A model generated the notes under the pieces. That model saw nothing but the letters and a program-made list of their open reading frames with translations. It had not been told where the DNA came from and made no database searches. This document shows, piece by piece, positions 8,881 through 18,029 of a DNA stretch of 37,829 nt. Within the stretch, counting starts at the first letter, position 1; every line of letters starts with the position of its first letter. A program made the position numbers and the translations under genes. Source of the DNA: a virus; IMG/VR virus record IMGVR_UViG_3300045988_127420; one strand, written 5' to 3'.

Positions 8881-11583
8881 ATGGCCGACGGCCGCGTGAT
8901 CATCGAGGCCATCCTCGATACCGTCAACGTACAGAAGAACGTAAAGAACCTGGGCAAGCAGCTGGACGGCATCAGCTGGAAGAACATCGCCGCCGGCGAC
9001 GAGAAGGCCCAGGCGCTGGCCGGCGCGTTCAAGGGCGCGGGCGTGGCGTGCACCGCGAGCCTCACCACGCCCATCGTGGCGGCGGGGCGCGCGGCGTTCT
9101 CGGTGGCGTCCGACTACGAGAGCGCCACCAGCCGCATCCAAGCGGCCTTCGGCGTCACGCGGGCCGAGGCCGAGCGCTTCAGCGGCATAGGCAAGACCAT
9201 CTACGAGAACGGCTGGGGCGCCAGCCTGGACGAGGTGAACGACGCCCTCATCCAATGCAAGTCCACCCTGCGCGACGTGTCGGACGAGGACCTGGGCACG
9301 GTCACCACCAACGCCCTCATGCTGTCGCAGACGTTCGGCGCGGACGTCAACGAGTCCATCCGCGGCGTGAACGCGCTCATGGAGGGATTCGGGTTGACCG
9401 CCGACGAGGCAACCGACCTCATGACGGCGGGCATGCAGCGCGGCCTGAACTACACCGACGAGCTGGGCGACAACCTGTCAGAGTACTCGGTGCGCTGGGG
9501 CGAGGCCGGCATGAGCGCCAGCGAGTACTTCAGCCTGCTTGAGGCGGGCACCTCCAACGGCGCGTACAACCTCGACAAGGTGGGCGACTACCTCAACGAG
9601 TTCCTGACCGCGCTCAGCGACGGCCGCATGGAGGAGTCCATCGGCCAGTTCTCGGAGGGCACCCAGCAGGTCTTCGAGAACTTCAAGAGCGGCGGGGCCA
9701 CCGCCGAGGATGTGCTGCAGGCCGTGCTCGGGGACCTCACGCAGATGCCCAACGAGTACGACAAGGCCGCGTTGGCCTCCACCCTGTGGTCCTCCCTGGG
9801 CGAGGACAACGCCATGGGCATGATCGAGAGCCTGGCGGGCGTGCAGGACAGCTTCGGCGACGTGGGCGGCGCGGCAGAGGACGCGGCGTCGGCCGCATCG
9901 GACAACTTCGAGACCAAGGCCATGACCGCCGTGCGCGACCTGCAGGGGGCCATCGAGCCTTTGGGCGGCGTGCTGCTCAATCTCATGGAGCCCGTCACCG
10001 AGGTGGCCGGCGCGTTCGCGCAGTGGCTGGGAGGCATGGACCCGCAGGCGCAGATGGCCGTGGTGGCCCTGCTGGGCATCGTGGCGGGCATCGGCCCCGT
10101 GCTCGTCGGCGTGGGCAACCTCGTGGGGTCCGTGAAGCAGATAGCGTCCACCTTCGAGACGGTGGGCAAGGTCGGCAGCTCCGCGCTGGACCTCATCACC
10201 AAGCACCCCATCATCGCGTTCATAACGCTCATCGTGGCCGCCGTGGTCACCCTGTGGAACACGAACGAGGACTTCCGCAACGCCGTCATGGCCATCTGGG
10301 ACGCCATCGGGCAGGCCTTCAAGACCGCCGTGGACGTGGCCGGGCAGGTGGCGGACTCCATCGCGCAGTTCTTCACAGGTCTGGGCGAGACCCTGGGCGG
10401 CGTCTGGGACGGCATCGTGGCCGCTGTGGGCGCGGCAGTGGACGGCATCGCGCAGTTCTTCCAGGGCCTTGCCGAGACGGCGCAGGCCGTGTGGGACGGC
10501 ATCTGCAACGCCGTGCAGGTGGCCGTGATGCTGCTGGGCTCCATCCTGAGCCTGGCCGTGGACGTGCTGCTCATCCCGTGGAACTTCATCTGGGAGAACT
10601 TCGGCGAGACGCTGACCGCCACGTGGGAGACCATTTGCACGGCGGTGCAGGAGGCCATCACCGCGGTGCAGACGGTCATCACCACCGTGATGGACGCGGT
10701 GAGCGCGTGGTGGTCGGGCGTGTGGGAGGCCATCGGCGCGGTGGCGTCCGCCGTGTGGGAGACCATCGTGGCCGCCGTCACCGCGTACATCGGATACGTG
10801 CAGACCATCATCAGCACGGTGCTGTCCATCATCCAGTTGGTGTGGTCCACCGTGTGGGGCGTCGTGAGCTCCACGGCGTCGGCCATCTGGTCGGCCATAA
10901 GCGGCGCGGCCTCCGCGTTCATCTCCTCCGTGCTGTCCGTCATCCAGTCGGTGCTGTCCACCATCCAGGGCGTGTGGTCGGCCATCTGGTCGGCCGTGAG
11001 CTCCACGGCATCCAGCATCTGGAACGGCATCAAGTCGGCCATCGGCTCCGCCGTCAACGCCATCAGCTCCACCATCAGCAGCGTTTTCAGCGCGGTGAGC
11101 GGCACGGTATCGAGCATCTGGAACGGCATCGAGTCCACCATCACCGGGGCCATCGACGGCGCGAAGAACACCGTGAAGAGCGGCCTGGACGCCATCAGCG
11201 GGTTCTTCTCTGGCCTGAGCCTGTCCTTCCCGCACATCAGGCTGCCGCACTTCAGCATCTCGGGAGACTTCAGCCTGAACCCGCCGAGCGTGCCAAGCTT
11301 CGGCATCGAGTGGTACGCGAAGGGCGGCGTCTTCAACGGCGCGACCATCGCCGGCATCGGCGAGGCGGGCCCCGAGATGGCCCTGCCGCTCAACCCGCGC
11401 AGCATCGCCCCGTTCGCCAGGGAGATCGCGGGCTTCATGCCGCAGGGCGCGGGGCAGGTCGTGTACCAGTTCGGCGACATAAACGTGAACATGAGCGAGC
11501 TTCGCGACCTGGCCACGCTGGAGGACTTCGTGGACCTCGTGCTGCAGGCCAAGCGCGCGAACCCGACGAGAACGAGAGGATAG
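8881..11583 (+). CDS. Tape measure protein
   Basis: 900 aa. Central hydrophobic segments. Long periodic W/F-containing repeats (…AVWDGI…, …SAIWSAV…, …SSIWNGI…). Position fits. Confidence 0.9.
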   Translation: MADGRVIIEAILDTVNVQKNVKNLGKQLDGISWKNIAAGDEKAQALAGAFKGAGVACTASLTTPIVAAGRAAFSVASDYESATSRIQAAFGVTRAEAERFSGIGKTIYENGWGASLDEVNDALIQCKSTLRDVSDEDLGTVTTNALMLSQTFGADVNESIRGVNALMEGFGLTADEATDLMTAGMQRGLNYTDELGDNLSEYSVRWGEAGMSASEYFSLLEAGTSNGAYNLDKVGDYLNEFLTALSDGRMEESIGQFSEGTQQVFENFKSGGATAEDVLQAVLGDLTQMPNEYDKAALASTLWSSLGEDNAMGMIESLAGVQDSFGDVGGAAEDAASAASDNFETKAMTAVRDLQGAIEPLGGVLLNLMEPVTEVAGAFAQWLGGMDPQAQMAVVALLGIVAGIGPVLVGVGNLVGSVKQIASTFETVGKVGSSALDLITKHPIIAFITLIVAAVVTLWNTNEDFRNAVMAIWDAIGQAFKTAVDVAGQVADSIAQFFTGLGETLGGVWDGIVAAVGAAVDGIAQFFQGLAETAQAVWDGICNAVQVAVMLLGSILSLAVDVLLIPWNFIWENFGETLTATWETICTAVQEAITAVQTVITTVMDAVSAWWSGVWEAIGAVASAVWETIVAAVTAYIGYVQTIISTVLSIIQLVWSTVWGVVSSTASAIWSAISGAASAFISSVLSVIQSVLSTIQGVWSAIWSAVSSTASSIWNGIKSAIGSAVNAISSTISSVFSAVSGTVSSIWNGIESTITGAIDGAKNTVKSGLDAISGFFSGLSLSFPHIRLPHFSISGDFSLNPPSVPSFGIEWYAKGGVFNGATIAGIGEAGPEMALPLNPRSIAPFAREIAGFMPQGAGQVVYQFGDINVNMSELRDLATLEDFVDLVLQAKRANPTRTRG

Positions 11584-11589
11584 AGGAGC

Positions 11590-14010
11590 ATGGCCAAGGG
11601 ATTTTGGGGAAATGCGAGCGGCCCCGACGCGAAAATGTACGCCTACGTCGAGTTCCGAACCTCCGCGCAGGAGGAGGGCCGCGCATGGGTCCAGTACAAG
11701 CGGAGCTGCTACGTCGACAGCGGCAACTTCGGCGGCACCATCGTGGACACCTCGTGGGGCGGGCGCCTGCGGCTGTACGGCACGGGATGGTACGGCGACA
11801 GCGGGTGGCAGGACTACGGCTGGGTCGGCTACGGCGGCAGCGCGCACGTGAGCGCGTCCGTGTGGTACCTGGGCTGGTCCAACACCCACTACAACAGCTC
11901 CGTGGACGCATGGTACAGCCCGGACGTGCCGACGTGGAAGCCCAACAACGTCATGAGCCAGGTGGCAGTCCTCCGAAGCGACGGAACGGTGCTGGTGACG
12001 TGGCGCAGCAACACGACCGACGCGCGCCCATACGACGGCGTGTACGTCGACGTGTCCATAGACGACGGCGAGTACGAGCTGGCCGAGGACTGCGGCGGAG
12101 ACGTCACGGCGTACACGTACCAGACTGAGCCGAACCGCCTGTACAAGTTCCGAGTGCTGCCGCACAACAGCGCGGGGAACGCCCCCGCGCACCAGTACAC
12201 GAACGCAGTGGCAACGACGCCGAACGCACCGAAGTCCGCGAGCGTGGCGCGCGATTCCGACACGCAGAACACGCTGTCCATCGTGCCAGGAAGCCCATGC
12301 GCCGGTCTATACCTGGCGCACGACGTGCAGCGCCAGATGGACAGCGGCGCATGGTCGGACTTCGGCGCCATCGAAGCGGCGGGCAGCACGAAGGTGGACC
12401 GCTCGACGAGCGCGAACCATTCGTGGCGATACCGCGTGAGAAGCCGCAACGCCGCGGGCGCTTCAGCGTGGGTCGAGACCAGCACCGTCTACAACACCCC
12501 GTGCGCTCCGGGCAAGCCGAAGATGTCCCGCGTGTCCGACACCAAGGTGAAGGGCGCCTTCGAGAACGGGGCGAACACCGCAACGGGCACCGAGATAGAG
12601 CGAAGCCCGGACTTGGAAATGTGGACGGCGGTCCGCACCACGCAGGGCAAGGCGACTGACTTCGAGGACGACCCCGGCGGCGGCACGTGGTACTACCGCG
12701 CTCGCAATGTATGCGGAGACCTCGTGAGCGCATGGGTCGAGTCGGACGGCATCGTGACCATCTGCGCGCCCGCAGCCCCCACGATCACGTCGCCATCAAG
12801 CTCGCAGGTCATCCCGAAGACGCAGGCGAGCATAACGGTGGCGTGGCGCCACAACCCCATCGACGGCTCAGCGCAGACGGCCGCCCAGTGGCGATGGAGC
12901 ACGGACGGCGGCGCGACGTGGCATGTGGCTGATGTGGACGGCGGCGCGTCCTCCGCCTCCTTGGACAACTCGTTCGCAGTCAACGCCAAGCTGACCGTGC
13001 AGGCCCGCACCAAGGGCGCCCATGCGGACTTCGGCCCGTGGTCGGTCGCCGTATCGACGTACGTGCGGCAGGTGCCGACGGTGACCATCGAGGAGCCGGG
13101 CAACGGCTTCACAATCGAGAACACGCCGGTGCACGTGCGCATCGCCTACAGCGACCCGAGCGGCGCCATGGCTGCGGGCACGCTGACGGTGAGGGACGCC
13201 GACGGCGCAGCCGTGTACTCGCGCGACCTCATGGGCGGACTGGAGTTCGACGTGCCAGCGGGCGAATGGCTGCCGAGCGACGGCGCGAGCTACGCGCTGG
13301 CAGTCACCGTGCGCTCCAGCTCCACGCTGCAAGGTTCCGCCTCGCGCTCCGTTTCGGTCAAGTACGTGCTGCCCAGCGTGGCCATCGCCGACGCCGTGCC
13401 CGACCCCGAGACGGGATACGTGGCGGTGACCGTGCGCGAGGGCCGCACGGACTCCGCCGTTGCCATGGAGTCGTGCAGTCTGTGGCGCAACGTGGACGGC
13501 GCGCGCACGCTGCTGGCCGAAGGCCTGGCGGACGGCTCCCGCGTGGTGGACCGCTACGCGCCGCTGAACACCGACTACAGCTACGAGACCGCCAGCTTCG
13601 CGGACTCGGGCGCAGTAAGCGGGGCCAGCTTCCCCGGGCGCTTCGAGTCGGCGCGCCTGTTCGTGTACTGGAGCGGCGGGGTGGCCAGCGGCATGTACAA
13701 CGCCTCCGACAACTTTAGCGTGAAACCGTCGTTCGACACCTTCGAGATAGCGGGGCGCGGGCTGCCCGTGGCGGTGGCGCGCGAGTACGTGGAGGAGCCG
13801 CACGACGTCGCCGTGAAGCTGCGCAGCCGAGAGGAGGCCATGGCGTTCTACCGGGCCGTGCGCAGCTGCGAGCCGATGGTGTTCAAGACGCTGTACGGCT
13901 TCGTGTTCCACGGCATGGCCAGCGCGAAGTTCGAGCCGAGCCTGGGCGACGCCGAGGGCTCGTGGGAGGTATCGCTGGACGTGACGAGGATATGGGGCGA
14001 GGCGCTATGA
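11590..14010 (+). CDS. Distal tail protein (Dit-like), enlarged by several fibronectin-III-like modules
   Basis: 806 aa directly after the tape measure gene. Repeated P-x-A-P ... W modules such as TPNAPKSASV..., TPCAPGKPKMS... and CAPAAPTITSP... . Confidence 0.5.
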   Translation: MAKGFWGNASGPDAKMYAYVEFRTSAQEEGRAWVQYKRSCYVDSGNFGGTIVDTSWGGRLRLYGTGWYGDSGWQDYGWVGYGGSAHVSASVWYLGWSNTHYNSSVDAWYSPDVPTWKPNNVMSQVAVLRSDGTVLVTWRSNTTDARPYDGVYVDVSIDDGEYELAEDCGGDVTAYTYQTEPNRLYKFRVLPHNSAGNAPAHQYTNAVATTPNAPKSASVARDSDTQNTLSIVPGSPCAGLYLAHDVQRQMDSGAWSDFGAIEAAGSTKVDRSTSANHSWRYRVRSRNAAGASAWVETSTVYNTPCAPGKPKMSRVSDTKVKGAFENGANTATGTEIERSPDLEMWTAVRTTQGKATDFEDDPGGGTWYYRARNVCGDLVSAWVESDGIVTICAPAAPTITSPSSSQVIPKTQASITVAWRHNPIDGSAQTAAQWRWSTDGGATWHVADVDGGASSASLDNSFAVNAKLTVQARTKGAHADFGPWSVAVSTYVRQVPTVTIEEPGNGFTIENTPVHVRIAYSDPSGAMAAGTLTVRDADGAAVYSRDLMGGLEFDVPAGEWLPSDGASYALAVTVRSSSTLQGSASRSVSVKYVLPSVAIADAVPDPETGYVAVTVREGRTDSAVAMESCSLWRNVDGARTLLAEGLADGSRVVDRYAPLNTDYSYETASFADSGAVSGASFPGRFESARLFVYWSGGVASGMYNASDNFSVKPSFDTFEIAGRGLPVAVAREYVEEPHDVAVKLRSREEAMAFYRAVRSCEPMVFKTLYGFVFHGMASAKFEPSLGDAEGSWEVSLDVTRIWGEAL

Positions 14011-15125
14011 GGTGGCACGGCAACAGGTTCGACGAGCGGTGGACCTTCCGCCGCGTGAAGTGGCCGGGCATGGAGGAGGCCGAGGACTACTGGCAGATCA
14101 CGGGCGGCAAGTCCAGCGAGAGCCAGTTCAAGGACCTCAAGGCAACGGGCAGCATCGACTTCGAGGGGGCCGAGGTGCCCGACGACAACGACCCCGTGCG
14201 CGTGTACTACGGCTTCACCAACCAGTGGGGCGAGACGTGGGAGGGGCCGGTGCTCACGGGCTTCCTGGAGTTGAGCAAGACCGAGCGCAGCGGCGCGGGC
14301 GTGTCCGGCAGCGGCAGCGTCAGCGGCATGCTGTGCGTGGCCGCAGACACCGGCCCCGGCGCGCCGCTGACCGTCCCCGAGGGCACGGCGGCGGTGGAGG
14401 CGGCGGCGGGCTACCTGCGGGCGCTCGGGCTGGCGGTCAACGCCGCCCCGAGCGCCTACAGACTCGCGGGCGCGCACACCTTCGACGCGCAGGACACGTG
14501 GCTGGCCATCGCCAACTGGCTGCTGACCGCCGCGAACTTCGGTAGCGCCACCACAGACGCGTGGGGCACCGTGCAGATGCAGCCCTACGTGGAGCCGACC
14601 GAGCGCGAGCCGACCTGGACGTTCCGCGACGACGAGACCGCGTTCTTCTTCCCCAAGGTGACGACCTCCGACAACCGCGCGGACACGCCCAACGTGGTGC
14701 GCCTGTGGTACGAGGGCGACGCGGCGGGCCTCATGGCCGAGGCGCGCAACGACGACCCCCGAAGCCCCGCAGGCACCGTGCAGCGCGGCCGCGAGGTGCT
14801 GCTGTGCGAGACGGTCACCGAGCTGTCCGGCGACACGCCCGCGAAGATGCTGCAGGCGCTGGAGGAGCTGGCCGCCAAGCGTCTGGCCGACAACTCCACG
14901 CGCATCGAGTACGCGGAGGTGCAGTGCCTGTTCGTGCCAGCGCAGGTCGGCGAGTGCGGCCTGCTTGACTACACGAGGGCGGGCGCGACGTTCACGGGCG
15001 GCATCACCGCCAAGGACGTGGACTTCGGACACGGCGGCGAGACCACCGTGACCATGCGCCGCCTCCTGCGGCCCGACTTCAAGACCACCACGAGCAGCAA
15101 GGCGGTGTGGACAGATGAGCAGTAG
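14007..15125 (+). CDS. Tail-associated / baseplate hub protein (Tal-like)
   Basis: ATGA overlap with the upstream gene. 372 aa. Call is by position after Dit. Confidence 0.4.
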   Translation: MRWHGNRFDERWTFRRVKWPGMEEAEDYWQITGGKSSESQFKDLKATGSIDFEGAEVPDDNDPVRVYYGFTNQWGETWEGPVLTGFLELSKTERSGAGVSGSGSVSGMLCVAADTGPGAPLTVPEGTAAVEAAAGYLRALGLAVNAAPSAYRLAGAHTFDAQDTWLAIANWLLTAANFGSATTDAWGTVQMQPYVEPTEREPTWTFRDDETAFFFPKVTTSDNRADTPNVVRLWYEGDAAGLMAEARNDDPRSPAGTVQRGREVLLCETVTELSGDTPAKMLQALEELAAKRLADNSTRIEYAEVQCLFVPAQVGECGLLDYTRAGATFTGGITAKDVDFGHGGETTVTMRRLLRPDFKTTTSSKAVWTDEQ

Positions 15126-15363
15126 GGCGATGCTGGCCGACGAGCTGGCCGAGGCCCTGTGGCCGATCCAGGGCGAGCGCGAGTACCACACGCGCGCGCC
15201 CGTGGCCAAGGTAGACGGGGCGACCGCCTACGTGCGCCTGCGCGGGGCGGCCGAGCTCACGCCGTGCAGCGTGCTGGCGGGGGCCGCCCCGAAGGCGGGC
15301 GACCTGGCGCTGGTTCTGGCCATGCCGTCGGGCTGCGTGGTGCTCGGGACCATCCAGAGATAG
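15115..15363 (+). CDS. Small tail/baseplate-region protein, hypothetical
   Basis: 82-aa ORF overlapping the upstream stop by 11 nt. Confidence 0.4.
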   Translation: MSSRAMLADELAEALWPIQGEREYHTRAPVAKVDGATAYVRLRGAAELTPCSVLAGAAPKAGDLALVLAMPSGCVVLGTIQR

Positions 15364-15381
15364 CAAGAGAGAGGAGAGCGA

Positions 15382-16062
15382 ATGAGGGAGATTATCACGC
15401 TGGACCTGCAGAAGTCCGCCACGCAGTTCATGCCCGTGGTGAGCCTGCGGGCGCGCCGCGGGGACTCGCGCAGCCTGTCGCGCACGTTCCAGGTGCTTAA
15501 CGACGGCGAGCCGGTGAACCTGGCCGACTGCACCGTGAGCTTCATGGCGGAGAACGCGGCGGGCAGCCCGGTGATGGAGGAGGTGGAGCAGAAGGGCCAG
15601 GACGGCCAGTTCACGTACCGCTTCCCCGACGCAGTGGCGGCCAAGCGCGGCACCATCACCATGGCGTACTTCCGCGTGGTGGGCGAGGACTACACCGCGT
15701 CCACCAACAGCCTGCGCATCGAGGTGCTGGACAACGTGGACCTGACCAACGAGGTCACGGGCGCGTACACGCCCATGCTGGACCGCATCATCGAGCAGTC
15801 CCAGGAGATGGCGGCCAACGCCAACGAAATCACGCGCCAGGCGACCGCCGCCATCAACTCCTGCACGGCCATCACGGAGAAGGCCACGGCGCAGGAGCAG
15901 GCGCGCGTCGAGGAGGAGGCGCGGCGCGTGGTGGCAGAGGCCGACCGCGCGAGCAACTACAGCCGGAAGATGGCCGAGTGGGAGAAGGCAGTGCTCGGCC
16001 TGACCAACGGAATCTGCGTCAACGACAAGGGCCAGCTGTGCGTGGCCGTAGCGAAGGGATAG
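15382..16062 (+). CDS. Baseplate upper protein-like (BppU N-terminal domain) with coiled coil
   Basis: 226 aa. N-terminus (ITLDLQKSATQ...VSLRARRGDS...TFQV...DGEPVNL) resembles the BppU_N pattern, followed by a coiled-coil C-terminus. Confidence 0.5.
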   Translation: MREIITLDLQKSATQFMPVVSLRARRGDSRSLSRTFQVLNDGEPVNLADCTVSFMAENAAGSPVMEEVEQKGQDGQFTYRFPDAVAAKRGTITMAYFRVVGEDYTASTNSLRIEVLDNVDLTNEVTGAYTPMLDRIIEQSQEMAANANEITRQATAAINSCTAITEKATAQEQARVEEEARRVVAEADRASNYSRKMAEWEKAVLGLTNGICVNDKGQLCVAVAKG

Positions 16063-16066
16063 AGAC

Positions 16067-17281
16067 ATGGCAGACAGCGAAGTGAAGTACCCCATCATCA
16101 CCGACGACACGGGCCGCGCCATCGCGGGCGCGCTGCAGGCGCTGGCGCACGGCAAGGTGGCCGAGCTGAAGACCGACTGGGACGGGCTGGCGCGCATGAG
16201 CCGCGACGGCCTGGCGCCCTACGTGCTCGGCATCGGCGACCAGATCACTTCCAAGTGGACCGACCCGGACGGCGGCACCGCCTACGACGTGGCCAACGAC
16301 GTGTGCCACTTCCCCGCCGAGCTGGAGCTGCAGGACGGCGAGAAGCTGCCCGGCACCATCCTGCAGTGGCACTACACCCTGCCCTTCGGCACGCAGTTCG
16401 ACCAGAAGGAGGCCTTCTGGTACTGCGAGGCCGCGCTGACGGCCGGCACCTACAACCTGACCATGGGCGCCTCGTGGGGCACCAACGTGGTCAAGGGCAA
16501 GACCTACCAGTTCACGCTCGCCAAGGACGTGCCGAAGGGCGGCGTGCTGGCCGGCATGGAGTACGCGCCGGACCGCGACCCGGGCACGTGGCAGGTCAAG
16601 TCCTACAAGACCGTGAGCGACGCCGACCCCATCGAGACGGTGGGCATGAGCGAGGGCGCGCAGGGCACGAGCCTGGGCACCATCGGCACCAAGCCGGACG
16701 GCAACATGAACAGCATCTACCGCTGCGCCTACGGCTACAACCGCTGGAGCCAGTCCGCGCTGCGCCAGTACCTCAACGGCAAGGGCACGAACTGGTGGAA
16801 GCCGCAGAACAAGTGGGACCGCCCGCCGGAGTACGTCGGCAAGCACGGCTTCCTGGACGGCATCCCCGAGGCCGAGCTGGCCGTCATGCGCCGCGTGAAG
16901 GTCGTCACCGGCGTGCCCTACTGCGAGGAGGGCACCGACAGCGAGCCGGTGCTGGACACCACCTACGACCTCGTGTTCCTGCCGAGCATGGAGGAGCACT
17001 TCCTGGAGCTCGGCGAGTCCGGCATGAAGGGCAAGGAGGGCGAGGCGTGGGAGTACTGGGCGCGCGTCGCGCAGTCCCCGACGCCGCTGGCGCTGTGGCA
17101 GACGTGGCCGCAGCTGATCACGTACGCCATCAACGGCAAGACCAGCCCGCAGTACGTCTGGGCGCGTTCCGCTAATCGCGGCAACGGCAACTACACGTTC
17201 GTCGTGTACGCGTCGGGCGGCGTCGACGGCTACTACGGCGCGCAGTACGCGCTGCGCTGTGCTCCCGCCCGCGCCATCTAG
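16067..17281 (+). CDS. Receptor-binding tail protein; DGR target with C-terminal variable region (C-type-lectin/FGE-like fold inferred)
   Basis: 404 aa, the last tail gene. C-terminus ...YVWARSANRGNGNYTFVVYASGGVDGYYGAQYALRCAPARAI is repeated at nucleotide level 622 nt downstream, between avd and the RT. Confidence 0.8.
   Translation: MADSEVKYPIITDDTGRAIAGALQALAHGKVAELKTDWDGLARMSRDGLAPYVLGIGDQITSKWTDPDGGTAYDVANDVCHFPAELELQDGEKLPGTILQWHYTLPFGTQFDQKEAFWYCEAALTAGTYNLTMGASWGTNVVKGKTYQFTLAKDVPKGGVLAGMEYAPDRDPGTWQVKSYKTVSDADPIETVGMSEGAQGTSLGTIGTKPDGNMNSIYRCAYGYNRWSQSALRQYLNGKGTNWWKPQNKWDRPPEYVGKHGFLDGIPEAELAVMRRVKVVTGVPYCEEGTDSEPVLDTTYDLVFLPSMEEHFLELGESGMKGKEGEAWEYWARVAQSPTPLALWQTWPQLITYAINGKTSPQYVWARSANRGNGNYTFVVYASGGVDGYYGAQYALRCAPARAI
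17150..17275 (+). repeat. DGR variable repeat (VR)
   Basis: Hand alignment to 17772-17894. Differences cluster in codon positions 1-2 of N/Y/G/D/S/C codons. The 3' end is a GC-only tract (CCCGCCCGCGCC). Confidence 0.75.
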
Positions 17282-17297
17282 CCATCGATGCCAATCC

Positions 17298-17319
17298 GGG
17301 GCGGGCCACCGCCCGCCCC
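17298..17319 (+). promoter_or_regulatory. GC hairpin downstream of VR (candidate DGR target-recognition hairpin, possibly also a terminator)
   Basis: GGGGCGGGC-CACC-GCCCGCCCC: perfect 9-bp stem with a 4-nt loop, 16 nt after the stop codon. No T-tract follows. Confidence 0.6.
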
Positions 17320-17340
17320 CTGTTCGAAAAGGAGGCCGCT

Positions 17341-17751
17341 TTGTCGGTACCTAAAAGGTTGAGGAAGAAAAGCAAGCTCGAAGTGTTCGTGAACGCCTGC
17401 GACCTCGTGGAGTACGTGCTGAAGATCACGGCGAACGAGAAGGTGTTCAAGCCGGAGCAGTCCGCCGTCACGGACAAGATAAAGGCGGCGGCGCTCGACA
17501 TAGCGCGCTTCATATGGTGTGCCAACAGCATCCGCGTGCGCCAGGACGCGCAGCTGTACGCCGAGCGGCGCCGCCTGCAGGACATGGCCATGACGTGCTG
17601 CCGCGAGCTGCTTTTCCTCATCGACCTCGCATGGGACGTCATGCACCTGTCTGAGCGCCGAGCCGTCTACTGGGTCGGCAAGACAATGGACCTGCGAGAC
17701 GAGATAGCCGCATGGAGGGCATCCGACGCCAAGAGATACGGGCGTCTGTGA
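17341..17751 (+). CDS. avd: DGR accessory variability determinant (Avd-like four-helix-bundle protein)
   Basis: 136-aa basic, helical protein. TTG start 5 nt after AAAAGGAGG. Sits between the VR-bearing gene and TR/RT, as in the canonical cassette. Confidence 0.7.
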   Translation: MSVPKRLRKKSKLEVFVNACDLVEYVLKITANEKVFKPEQSAVTDKIKAAALDIARFIWCANSIRVRQDAQLYAERRRLQDMAMTCCRELLFLIDLAWDVMHLSERRAVYWVGKTMDLRDEIAAWRASDAKRYGRL

Positions 17752-17771
17752 TAGCCGGGGCCGCGGCTGTA

Positions 17772-17894
17772 CAGCGCGTCTGGACGCGGTCCGCTTATCG
17801 CTACTGCGGCTCCTGCACGTTCATCGTGTACGCGTCGGGCTACGTCAGCGGCTACAACGCGCAGTACGCGCTGCGCTGTGCTCCCGACCGAACC
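17772..17894 (+). repeat. DGR template repeat by position (TR); sequence is atypical, see findings
   Basis: 123 nt homologous to the VR, starting 21 nt after the avd stop and about 135 nt before the RT. The 3' end has A where the VR has C/C/G (GACCGAACC vs GCCCGCGCC). Confidence 0.65.
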
Positions 17895-18029
17895 GGCGAA
17901 AGCCCCACCGAAGCCTGCGGCGCAGCCGCGGAGCGGGGCGAAACCGGCGCGGGGAGCCGCGACCCCGAGCCCGAGAGGGCCGAACAACGCCGGGGCGACG
18001 CCGACGCGGCTGGAACGCGGGCGGCTATC

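Noticed and set aside
17712-18029. The track ORF 17712-19100 suggests a 462-aa RT whose N-terminus would include the TR translated in frame
   Set aside because: The first ~105 codons overlap the avd 3' end, the TR and the spacer. The open frame is a by-product of the TR being a copy of an in-frame coding segment. RT homology starts near 18087.
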